DNA from: Chiloscyllium plagiosum | Taxonomy: Eukaryota | Assembly: GCF_004010195.1 (NCBI RefSeq) | Contig: NC_057728.1 | Location: 40,308,897 to 40,328,896, forward strand | Reading direction: 5' to 3' | Length of the DNA: 20,000 nucleotides | In this document: piece by piece, positions 10,023 to 20,000 of the stretch | How positions within the stretch are numbered: position 1 is the first letter of the stretch | Layout of the letters: every line of letters begins with the position of its first letter | Translations under genes and position numbers: made by a program | Notes under the pieces: model-generated | Databases searched by the model: none | What the model saw: only the letters and a program-made list of their open reading frames with translations | What the model was told of the DNA's origin: nothing

Positions 10023-10355
10023 CTAAAAAGAAGAGGAAACATAATGATCTGGACTCAGAAAATTCTTCAGGTGATAGGATAAGGGAATATATAATGACGG
10101 CAGTCGTCTCTGGAACACGCTAACTTTGACACTAGAGCCTTACATTCTTCTCCCCAACCTTGCAGCAAAGGGACAATCTCTCATTCAGTTTTTGTTGTAC
10201 TTTGCATCAGTTATTTGCCTCAGTGTTTCTGCTAATGTGAATGTTTAAGCTAGCACTAAACAAGTGTAGTCTTTCTATATGACTGGCTCACATAATTAAC
10301 AGAACACAACATTAGTGCACATTGTATTTTATTATGAAAAGTGAAAATCTCTTCT

Positions 10356-10658
10356 ATGGTGGCTCAGTGGTTGGCACTGTAGCCTCACAGCTCCAGGGAC
10401 GTGGGTTCAATTCCCACCTCGGGCAACTGTCTGTGTGGAGTTTGCACAATCTCCCCTCTGGGTGCTCCAGTTTCCTCCCACAGTCCAAAGATGTGCAGGT
10501 TAGGTGAATTGGCCGTGCTAAATTGCCCATAGTGTTAGGTACATTAGTCAGGGGTAAATGTAGGGGAATGAGTCTGGGTGGGTTGCTCTTTGGAGGGTCG
10601 GTGTGGACTTGTTGGGCCGAAGGGCCTGTTTTCATACTGTAGATAATCTAATCTAATC
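10356..10658 (+). mobile_element. tRNA-derived V-SINE (HE1-like)
   Basis: A box TGGCTCAGTGG (10360-10370), B box GGTTCAATTCC (10404-10414), V-domain with a small deletion, ggccgaagggcctgttt hairpin tail and (taatc)n end. Confidence 0.92.
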
Positions 10659-10792
10659 ATGACCATGCTTCCTCTGGTAAAAACACTTGGGATGATGACC
10701 GGGAATAACAGGTGAGGTGGCTGTCACAGCTCAGGCTGAAAGAACAACACAGTCACAGATTTAAGATTATCAAAGATATATCAAAGCTTTCA

Positions 10793-12583
10793 AGTCATCG
10801 ATTCATAGAGTCGTGCAGCACAAAAACAGACCCTTCTATCCAACTCATCCATGCTGACCAGATATCCTAAATTAATCTCGTCCCATTTACCAGCATTTGG
10901 CCCATAAACCACTAAATCCTTCCTATTCATACACAGACCCAGATGCCTTCTAAATGTTGTTATTGTACCAGTCTCCACCACTTCCTCTGGCAGTTTATTC
11001 CATACACGCACTACCCTCTGCATGAATAAGTTGTCCTTTAGGTCCCTATTATATCTTTTCCCTCTCACCTCAAACACATGCCCTCTATTTTTGACAACCC
11101 TACCCTAGGAAAAGAGACCATGACTTTTCACCTTATCCATAGCCCTCATGATTTTATAAACCTCCAGAGAAAATGCCCTAGCCTATTCAGCCTCTCCCTA
11201 AAACTCAAAACTCCAGTCCTGGTAACATCCTTATAAATGTCTTCTGCACCCTCTCAAGTTTACCAACACCTTTTCTGTAGAAGGGCAACCAGAATTGTAC
11301 ACAGTATTGTATAAGTGGTCTCACCAGTGTCCTGTACAGCTGCAACATGACCTCCCAACTCCTATATTCAAAGTTCTGACCAATGAAGGACAAGCACACC
11401 AAGTGCCTTCTTCATCACCCTGCAACTCCACTTGCAAGGAACTGTGCATTTGCATAGATCCCTAAGTCTCTTTATTCAGCAATACTCCCCAGGGTCCTAC
11501 CATTAACTGTATAACTCCTGTCCTGGTTTGCCTTCTCAAAATACAACACCTCATACTTATCTAAATTAAACTCTACCTGCCACTCCTCAGTCCATTGGGC
11601 CATCTAAACAAGGTCCCTCTGTACTCTGAGATAATCTTCTTCACTGTCCACTGCACTGCCAATTTTAGTGTCATCTTCAAACTTACTAATCATTGCTTCC
11701 TACATTACACCCTAATCATTTATATAAATGACAAAAAGCAGTATACTTAGCACCGATCCTTTTGGCACACTGCTGGTCACAGGCCTTCAGTCCAAAATGC
11801 AATCCTCCACCACGATCCTCTGTCACCTATCTTCAAGCCAATTTAGCATCCAATTGGCTAGCTTTCCCAGGATCCCATTTGATTGAACATTACTGACCAG
11901 TGTATCATTCAAAACCTTTGCTGAAGTCCATATAGATAACGTCTGTCACTGTGCCATCATCAATCTTCTTTGTCACCTCTTCAAAAAAGTTTGTGAGACA
12001 TGATTTCCCATGCACAAAGCCAGGTTGACTATCCATAAGCAGTCCTTGCCTTTCCAAATGCATGTAAATCCTGTCCCTCAGAATCCCCTCCCACATTTAC
12101 CCAACACTAACTAAGGCTCACCAGTCTATAGTTCCCTACCTTTTCCTCATTACCTTTTTTAAATAAATAGCACTGCATTAGCCAATCTCCAGTTTTCTGG
12201 CACCTCACCTGTGGCTGTTGATGATAAAACTGTCTCAGCAAGGGGTCCAACAATCTTTTTCTTAGCTTCCCACAAAATTCTGGGAAACACCTGACCACGT
12301 CCCAGAGATTTATCTAATTTTGTGCATTTTAAGAGCTCCAGAACCTCCTCTTCTGTTATATGAGTTATTTTCAAGACATCACTATTAATTTCCCCAAGTT
12401 CGCTAGTTTCCAATGTTTATTTAGTATCTCGCCTATCTCCTGTGGTTCCACAAAGACAGTTACATTGATCTTTAAGGGGCCCTAAGGTGTCCCAGTTACT
12501 ATTTTGCCCTTAACATACCTATAGAATTTCTTTGGATTATCCTTAACTCTATTTGCCAAATCTACCTCATGTCCCATCTTTTA
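10793..12583 (-). mobile_element. CR1 LINE, 5'-truncated, degenerate RT and 3' UTR
   Basis: Fragments VPENWRLANAV, GNYRLVSL, QPGFVHGKSCLTN, DVIYMDFSK, VPKGSVL, KFEDD (FADD motif), YRTLVRP..YCVQFW. 3' UTR hairpin and short-repeat tail near 10795-10860. Confidence 0.95.
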
Positions 12584-12869
12584 GCAAGCATACTATAATA
12601 AATTGTGAAAACAAATTTAATAAATCATTTTACTAACATACCATGTGAATTTCTTCAACCGCGAATGTCACATAAGTTCAGTACAAGTCATTCCAACATA
12701 GGTTCAGTATTTTCATTGTTTCTCTTTCAGCACACTTGCTTTCAATGGTAGCATTCAATGTAGCCCCTTTCTGTTTTGAGGACAATTGCAACAGAAAAGA
12801 TTTATACCTCGGCACATATATTGTGTCAGGTTTGCTGTGTTTCAATGTAAAATCACATTGCTTCAAATC

Positions 12870-13975
12870 ATAAATAAAATTTTTCACATCACTTTGATGG
12901 TCTCTTGTGCTGGGATCTGCCCAATGTCTCAGAAACTATGGCCATCATGCCAGGCATAGCAAATGTCACCATTCCCTTAGAAATAATGTTATCTAGACAG
13001 CAAGCTGCCTGCCTGCCATCAGCATTGCTGGCTTGGATTCTGGATCTCTGAATGTGAACTTCACCTCATCTTTGGCTTATTTGATGTTTTGTCTTTGCCA
13101 TCATAATACTTTTTGAGACATTATTCCTTCTAGTGACAGTGTTGTCACACTATTTTCCTCCTGGCAATGCAATTTGCGACATGAGTTAACATGGTCTATC
13201 CATCATACATGGACTCTCCCTTCTCAGCAAAACGTGATCACTTGGCATCACATCAGTCTAGCACCCCTTTTGTGGTCTACACAGAAATTAGTAGCACCTT
13301 TCCTTAGCATCACATTCTCAAAACCTTTTGGTCAACACTGATGTCTCTCAGCTTTGCATTCTTATTTGCATTGATGTATCCAAATTGCACCATAAGGGGG
13401 AAGAGCCCAGCTGAATTATGTGTTGTTGCTCACATACTACATGTGGCAGCAATGTCTGCTTCCATTCTCTGCCCTCAGCCTCAGCAATCCTCATTTCTTT
13501 CTCTAAGGATTGATTTTGTTGTTCCATTCTTTTTAACTTTGGTCATTGAAGGATCTCTCTGTGATGCTGAATGCCTATGACTTGCATCAGATTGGAAAAG
13601 GAAGAGAATTGAATTGTGCCCCTTTTTCTGAATGAAGAGTGACTGATAGAACATGCTTTGTAAGCACTTCAGTCAATACAATATAGTCGCTCCCACCACT
13701 ATAGATTTCATTGTGATTGTGGTAGCCAATCGCCATGCGTAATGGAATTAGGACTAAGAGGACAACAGTGACATCATCCACAACTAACAGTTAGCTGTGT
13801 ATAGGTTATGGTGGATTAGGTCTGCTGACAAATTGACACCCATAATCTGTTTTGATAAATTTCTCCATGTTTTTCTCCATGCCTGGCCACAATACCTTGA
13901 TTCTTTGTAAGCTATTTGTCACATTCAAAATGAACCTCAAGTCTATTTCTTCTAGGATTTTGTGAGGTACAAACC
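12870..13975 (-). mobile_element. Ancient Gypsy/Ty3 LTR-retrotransposon integrase fossil
   Basis: Manual translation gives, in order: KVLWPGMEKNMEKFIKTDYGCQFVSRPNPP (Zn-binding), KHVLSVTLHSEKGAQF (SDNGPQF-like), GIQHHR, EQQNQSLEKEMRIAEAEGREWK (ERxN-like), GKSPAEL (inverted), DVMPSDHVLLR. Confidence 0.82.
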
Positions 13976-14649
13976 TTTTAAATTCTACCTCCTTTGCATA
14001 TACCTTGTTTTATAGCTTTGATTTGTTGCTAGAGATGTCTTGAAAAGACTGATGAAACATGCAGTAAAGCTAACGTGGAGGATTGAGGGAACCAGTTGTC
14101 ATTATTTTCTTATTGGGATGTCCCTCATGTCTGACTCTGAAGTTTGCAGGTTAAACTGCCCCTTTAAAGGTTGCATTTTGATTTCTAGGCACTCCAACAG
14201 ATTACACCCATTTTTTATATCATATGTGCAATGCTTCAGGTAACATCTTTGAATTAAATTGCACCCAAAATATGTTGACAAGCATGGTATATGTTCATGG
14301 TTAAATGATTTTATTCTGATAAGAGCAAAAGTTGTGACGTTATTAAGATAGCAGTGGAGCAGAATTAGAAACCATTCTCAGTTCTGATTTCATAACTTGC
14401 CAGTCATTTGTAGAGCTTGTATTCATTTGAAAAGTTTAACTATTTACAAATTATAGTTCCTAACTTTTATATGCTGTTACCTTGTTTTTGATTGAAGTAT
14501 GTGTTGATGTTTAACGCTGCGTGTATAAAATATTATTTTTGACTTTGAAGCATTATATGAGTATGTGTATTTGTGTAAGATTTGAACCTTCATGTTTAAA
14601 ACTGTGAAATTAATTTCAATTGTTAGACTTGCATCTTTTCACATGTATG

Positions 14650-14910
14650 ACCCAAACTGAAATTGTTCACGTGGCTTAAAGGAAACAGTATGAGTCAGGT
14701 GCAGCTGAAGCTGAAATCAACTGAAGCAGCTGACCACATTGAGTCACATTGTCATAAACCAGAAAACTGAAAACAACATACCATCTGTCTCAAAACTCAT
14801 TACAGGAAAGAATTTCCCAAACCCTGTTTCTGAAGAAAAACCATGAGACATTTTTGAGCGTGATATGATTGATGTGGTTTGCATTGGCTTTTTCATTTTC
14901 ATTTTCCTCT
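14650..14910. promoter_or_regulatory. Candidate enhancer (AP-1/RUNX/IRF/E-box/ETS/STAT/NF-kB-like motif cluster)
   Basis: TGAGTCA x2, CAGCTG x2, CACGTG, CAGGTG, GACCACA, TGTGGTT, GAAAACTGAAA, tandem TTTTCA, TTCtgaaGAA and GAATTTCCC within 260 bp of apparently unique DNA. Confidence 0.4.
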
Positions 14911-16022
14911 ATCCTTAAAAAGTGGTTGGTAGAACCCCTGGCCGCTCGGAAGATGGGGGCATTACAAGTAAAGGATAACCAATTAAAAGCAAGATCAGGA
15001 GAAACATGTTCTTACATTAAAGAAATCCATTTTCCAGGTTTTATTTTATTCTTATTGGCAAAATGTACATTCTATCAGGGATAGAATTCTCAAAATAGAG
15101 AGAAGAAACTATCTTGTACAGATCCTATTCATGTGTCATTAAGTGTAAGTTGGAGGAGCTTAAACCTGAAAAGGGCTTCCAATGTCATGTTGTGCTGTTA
15201 ACAATTCTGGCTTGGATTACTTCCTGGCATTAAATCCAATGTTGTTCTATGCTCAAGGATTGTACTTATCATGAAGTCTGGGCTTTGGTTGTCTGTGCTG
15301 GTACTCTTGAGGCTGCTATACTTAACTGGACTGTCCCTACTTCGAATCTACTGCATCTCTGTTCTATCTTAGCTGAGAGTGACTATTGTCTGATTCCCAG
15401 GCACACTGACAAACTCTCACTTGCACAATAATGTCCAACATACTGACCTTTGTATCACAGTGGTTATGATAATGGTAACTATGAATTATTACATTTTAAC
15501 ATCCACCATCTGAATGTAATACCTAATTCCTTTCAGAGACTAAAATGATTTTATAAAAGAACAAGTGTTAATCTAAAATGGCTGCTATGATCACCTGACC
15601 ACTGATTGAGGCAAGTCCAGGACACTAATGTGGAATGAACAAAATCACCTGCACTATAATTACCAGTTTATCTGCAGACATCGAAAATAGGCAATTGAGT
15701 CAGCTCCAAGAAATTCTCATCTTTTTTAATTCACACTTGTACATTAATTTCACATAATAGAAGATGAAGGTTTGCCATCAAGTTATCCAGGCTTTGAAAG
15801 TCTCAGGAAAACAGTGAACTATATTTCAAGCCGTTCTTTACTAAAGAATCAGAGAGAGAACAAAAGTGGATTTGTAAACAAGAACTAGATGACTCTCTAC
15901 CTTTCCCTTCCTGTTTCCCTCATAATTTTCAAAAAGTGGAAAAGCATTCCGAGGAAACAATTGGTTGTCCTGAACTCAATGATATCTATAACTTTCACTA
16001 TTGTTGAGAATACTCTATCAGA

Positions 16023-16962
16023 AGGATTGGTGCAGGGTCCACTGTTTGTCATTTACATAAAAGATTTGGATGAGAATATAGGAGGCATGGTTTGTAAGTT
16101 TGCGAATGACTGCAAAATTGGTGGTGTACTGGATAGTGAAGATGGTTATCTAAGAGTACAATGGGATCTTGATCAACTGGGCCAGTAGGCCAAGGAGTAC
16201 AGATGGAGTTAAATTTAGATAAAGGTGAGAAGTTGCTTTTTGGTAAGACAAACCAGGGCAGAAATAACATAGTTAATGGTAGGGTCCTGGGGAATGTTTT
16301 CAAACAGAGAGGCCTAGGGTGCAGATTTGTAGTTCCTTGAAAGTGGCATCACAAGTCAACAGGGTGGTGAAGAAGGCATTTGGCATACTTGTCTTCATTC
16401 ATACGAGCGTTGAGTACAGGAGTTGGGACATCATGTTGCAGTTGTAAAAGACATTGGTAAGACCACATTTGGAGTACTGCATACAATTCTGGTTGCCCTG
16501 CTACAGGAAAGATGTTATTAAACTGGAAAGGGTGCAAATAAGATTTACAAGAATTTTACCAAAACTGGAACATCTGGGTTATAGGGAGAGGCTGGATAGG
16601 CTGGGAGTGTAGGAAGCTGTAAGGTGATCTTATAGTGGTTTATAGAATTATGAGGGGCATAGATAAGGTCCAAAACATAAGGCAGAGGTTTAAGGTGAGA
16701 GGGGAAAGATTTAAAAGGGACCTGAGGGGCAACCATTTCATACAGAGCGTGGTGATGTATGAAACAAGCTGCTAAAGGAAGTGCAAGACACACGTACATT
16801 AACAAAATTTAAAAGATATATGGCAAAGTACATAGATAGGAAAGGTTTAGAGGCATTTGGGTAAAACACAGGAAAATGGCATTAGTTCAGTTTAGGGAAC
16901 CTGGTCAGCATGGATGAACTGGGCTGAAAGACCTGTTTCGTGCTGTATGACTTTCTGATTCT
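16023..16962 (+). mobile_element. CR1 LINE, 5'-truncated, RT C-terminal half and 3' UTR
   Basis: GPLFVIYIKDLDENIGGMVCKFANDCKIGG (FADD region), then VRPHLEYCIQFW. 3' UTR gggctgaaagacctgttt..tatgact. Inverted homolog of 10793-11760. Confidence 0.95.
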
Positions 16963-17349
16963 ATACCAGTCAACAATTTAATAATGGTTGTCGCTGATTT
17001 AAAATTAAATGCTTTGAGGACTCCATGAGATTTTAAAATTCTTCCTATCTGTACTTGATAGACACTGACACTCCTTTTCCAAAAACTTATTACCTGTGTT
17101 TGTGTGCGTGTGTTTGATATCACATTTTATTATTTATTTTTTGAGGTTAGAAATTCCTCCTTCTTTCACTCAAGGAAACTTTGTAATTGGTTCCTTTATT
17201 TTGATTATTAACTGCACCTTTAATTGAAATACAATAGCTGCATGCTAAAACGAAATAAAATAAATTTGCTATGATCCATCAAGAAGGAGTTGAAAAGAGG
17301 TTAGCTGAATTACCCTTCCTCATTTCGTGGTAACACAGCTGCTTAGTAG

Positions 17350-17828
17350 AGTTTTTATAACAATGGCAGGGGAATGGCTAGTTATCCTAGATCAGGTTTT
17401 TTTTCTAGTTTGGTTTAGCTGTAGCAGTCACAAGATCCTGCAGTCAGGAAGATTGAAAGATTCAGCAAATGATGCCTGACTGATTTTCTCTCTGAAATAT
17501 CTTTGGAAGTTGTTCCCTGCAGCCTGTAAGAACCTGTATTTGAATTTATATTTTTGCCAAGGGGTGTGTTAATGGGTGTTACCGGATTGGAACAGTTCCT
17601 TTGTGAAGTTGCTGTATCGGGTTGGTTCTGCTTTCCAATAGATAAGTTATTCTAAATTCTGTTTTCTTTTGTTTGTGTTTCAACGGTAGTGTGTAAATAA
17701 ATTCTGTTTTGCTTGAAGCCAAGTGGTTTGACCAGCCACATTACACCTGGAATATCCACTTCATATCTGCCTTTGAAATAAGGAAATATTAGGGTCTAGG
17801 CTATCTTCTTAAAATGTTTGGAGGGGAT
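17350..17828 (+). mobile_element. Probable LTR fragment, cut at its 3' side by the CR1 insertion
   Basis: T-rich tract, AATAAA at about 17696 and a U5-like segment that resembles shark LTR repeats from memory. Terminal TG..CA and TSD not seen. Confidence 0.4.
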
Positions 17829-17834
17829 CTTCAT

Positions 17835-19913
17835 TTTCTCGTTGGCAGTTGCAGTGGAAGGAGCGACAGCGACTGCTGGTTAAATGAGGCTTTATATTTG
17901 AGTGGTTGCTTTACCTAAAACACTACTCACATAGTGTCTCCCAACCAATTCTCCTCCTCTAACAAAAAAGAATTTAGAATAGTGGGAATGGAGGTTAGGG
18001 CAGTTGAATGTTCCTCCTGCAGAGTATGGGAGGTAAGGGTCACCACCAGTGTCCCTGCTAGCTGCATCTGCGGGAAGTGCACCCAACTTCAGCTTCTCGA
18101 AGACCATGTTGAGGAACTGGAGCTGGAGCTGGATGAACTTTGGATCAATCAGAGGTGGAGGAGATTATTGAGAGGAATTACAGGGAGGTATTCACACCTC
18201 AGGTATAAGTATAAGGTAGCTGGGTTACCATCAGGAGATGTAGAGGGAACTGGCAGACAGTGCAGGGATCCCCTGTGGCCATTTTCCTCAACAAAATGTA
18301 TACCGTATTTGATACTATTGAGGGAGACAACTTACCAGGGGTCAGCCAACCTTCCATCTGTAGAGTCCATCTACCAGGCCCACTGTCAAGGAAAGGTCGC
18401 CAGCATTCTCAAAGATCCATCCCACCCTGACAATGTTTTTCTTCAATCTCTACCATCAGGGAGAAGGTGCAGAAGCCTGAACACATGCACCAGCCAGTTT
18501 CGTAACAGTTTCTACCCTACTGTTGTTAGAATACTGAATGGACTCACAAACTCTAAACATTCGCCTGTATCTGTGTTTTTGTTTTTGCTGCTGTTTACCT
18601 AATATTTACTTATCTATGCTACTTAACTCTGTGATCTGTCTCTATTGCTCACAAGATAAAGCTTTTCACTGTGCCTCGGTACACATGATAATGAATTCAG
18701 TTCAATTCAATTCAATTCAATTCAAGCCATGGGGTACAGGTCTCTGGCACAGAGTCTGTCCCTGTTGCTCAGAGGGAAAGGGGAAGAGGAGCAGGGCATT
18801 AGTCATTGGGGACTTGATAGCTGGGGGACAGATAGGAGGCTTGGTAGGAACAAGAGGCATGTTGCTTCCCAGGTGCCAGGATTTGTGATGTCTCTGCTCG
18901 TGTTTTTGGGATCCTTGAGGGGGAGGGGAAGCTTAAAGCTAGGACAAACAGAGTTGTTATCTTTGATTTGTTGCTCATGCCATGTGCTACTGAGGCGAGG
19001 AATAGGAAGAGAGAGGGATTGAACACGTGGCTACAAGGATGGTGCAGGAGGGAGGGTTTTGGATTCCTGGATAATTGGGGCTCTTTCGGGGGTAGGTGAG
19101 ACCTCTACAACCAAGATGGTCTACATCTGAACCAGAGGGGTACCAATAATTTGGGGGGTAAATTTGCTGATGCTCTTTAGGTGGGTTTAAACTAATTCAG
19201 TAGGGTGATGGGAACCTGATTTTTAGTTTGAGTATAGAGGAGGTTGGGAATAGGGAGATCCAAAATAAGGTTTCGGTGTCGCAAGAGGGCACCGGCAAGC
19301 AAGAAGTTGGTTTGAAATGTGTCTATTTCAACGCCAGGAGCATCCGGAATAAGGTGGGTGAATTTGCAGCATGGGTCAGTACCTGGGATTTCGATGTTGT
19401 GACCATTTCAGAGACATGGGTACAGCAGGGTCAGGAATGGTTGTAGCAGGGTCTGGGACTCAAGATATTTCAGTAAGAACAGAGAAGCTGGTAAAAGAGG
19501 GGAATTGTTAGTCAAGGACAGTATTTCGGCTGCAGAAAGAATGTTTAAGGACTTGTCAAATGAGGTAGTATGGGCTGAGATTAGAAACAGAAAGGAGAGG
19601 TTACCCTATTGGAAGTTTTCTATAGGTCTCTGAGTAGTTCCAGAGATGTAGAGGAAAGGATAGCAAAGATGATTCTCAATAGAAGCGAGAGTGACAGGGT
19701 AATTGTTATGGTGGACTTCAACTTCCCAAGTACTGACTGGGGATACTATAGTTCAAATACTTTAGATGGGTCAGTTGTCGTCCATTGTGTGCAGGAGGAT
19801 TTTCTGACACAGTATGTAGACAGGCCAACAAGGGCAAGGCCACACTAGATTTAGTACTGGGTAATGAACCCAGCCAAGTGTTAGATTTGGAGGTAGGTGA
19901 GCACTTTGATGAT
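17835..19913 (+). mobile_element. CR1 LINE 5' half: 5' UTR, ORF1 (zinc finger/leucine zipper/SGNH esterase) and ORF2 APE endonuclease, degenerate
   Basis: ORF1 from ATG 17988: CSSC..CGKC, LQLLEDHVEELELELDEL, ALVIGD, DGLHLNQRG. ORF2: CVYFNARSIRNK, ISETW, VDFNFP..DW, FLTQYVDRPTR, LDLVLGN. Interrupted at 18349-18724 and at 19914. Confidence 0.95.
18349..18724 (+). mobile_element. Rex1/Babar LINE 3' end nested in CR1 ORF1
   Basis: ILKDPSHP..LPSGRRCRSLNTCTSQFRNSFYPTVVRILN, 3' UTR and (ttcaa)n tail at 18696-18725. agcca on both sides (18344-18348, 18725-18729). Confidence 0.9.
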
Positions 19914-20000
19914 AGTCCAGATTAGAGTGGTGCTGGAAAAGCACAGCAGGTCAGGCAGCATCTGAGGAGCAGGAAAATCGACGTTTTGGGCAAAAGCCGT
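19914..20000 (-). mobile_element. Penelope pLTR (same family as 403-1359), truncated by window end
   Basis: 81 of 87 nt identical to 434-520; includes the 3' half of the hammerhead motif. Confidence 0.93.

Noticed and set aside
16010..16975. TSD for the plus-strand CR1 (ctatcag vs ctataccag)
   Set aside because: Short, imperfect and overlapping the element's own tail repeat.
17934..18602. 222-aa ORF as a novel zinc-finger fusion gene
   Set aside because: Accidental chimera of the CR1 ORF1 N-terminus, a frameshifted middle and the nested Rex1 C-terminus.

Overview
Eukaryotic, AT-rich, CpG-depleted, transposon-dense DNA. The repeat set (CR1 LINEs, Neptune-type Penelope elements, Rex1/Babar LINE ends, HE1-like V-SINEs, Gypsy remnants) points to a cartilaginous fish, probably a shark (inference). 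There is no intact host or TE gene; the long ORFs are TE fossils or chimeras. Main signals: (1) a minus-strand branch point/pyrimidine tract/CAG|GTAAGA junction followed by a 99-nt stop-laden segment and a second GTAAGT donor, which is the architecture of a vertebrate recursive splice site with RS-exon; (2) five Penelope pLTR remnants carrying minimal hammerhead-ribozyme motifs, all on the minus strand, one of them a 167-bp TSD-flanked hairpin mini-element; (3) a candidate minus-strand exon/micro-exon near 9.8-10.0 kb; (4) a dense immune-type TF motif cluster at 14.65-14.9 kb; (5) a Gypsy integrase fossil with a 30-bp micro-inversion, plus several nested insertions. Family assignments come from motif recognition, not database searches, and boundaries are approximate unless a TSD is given.
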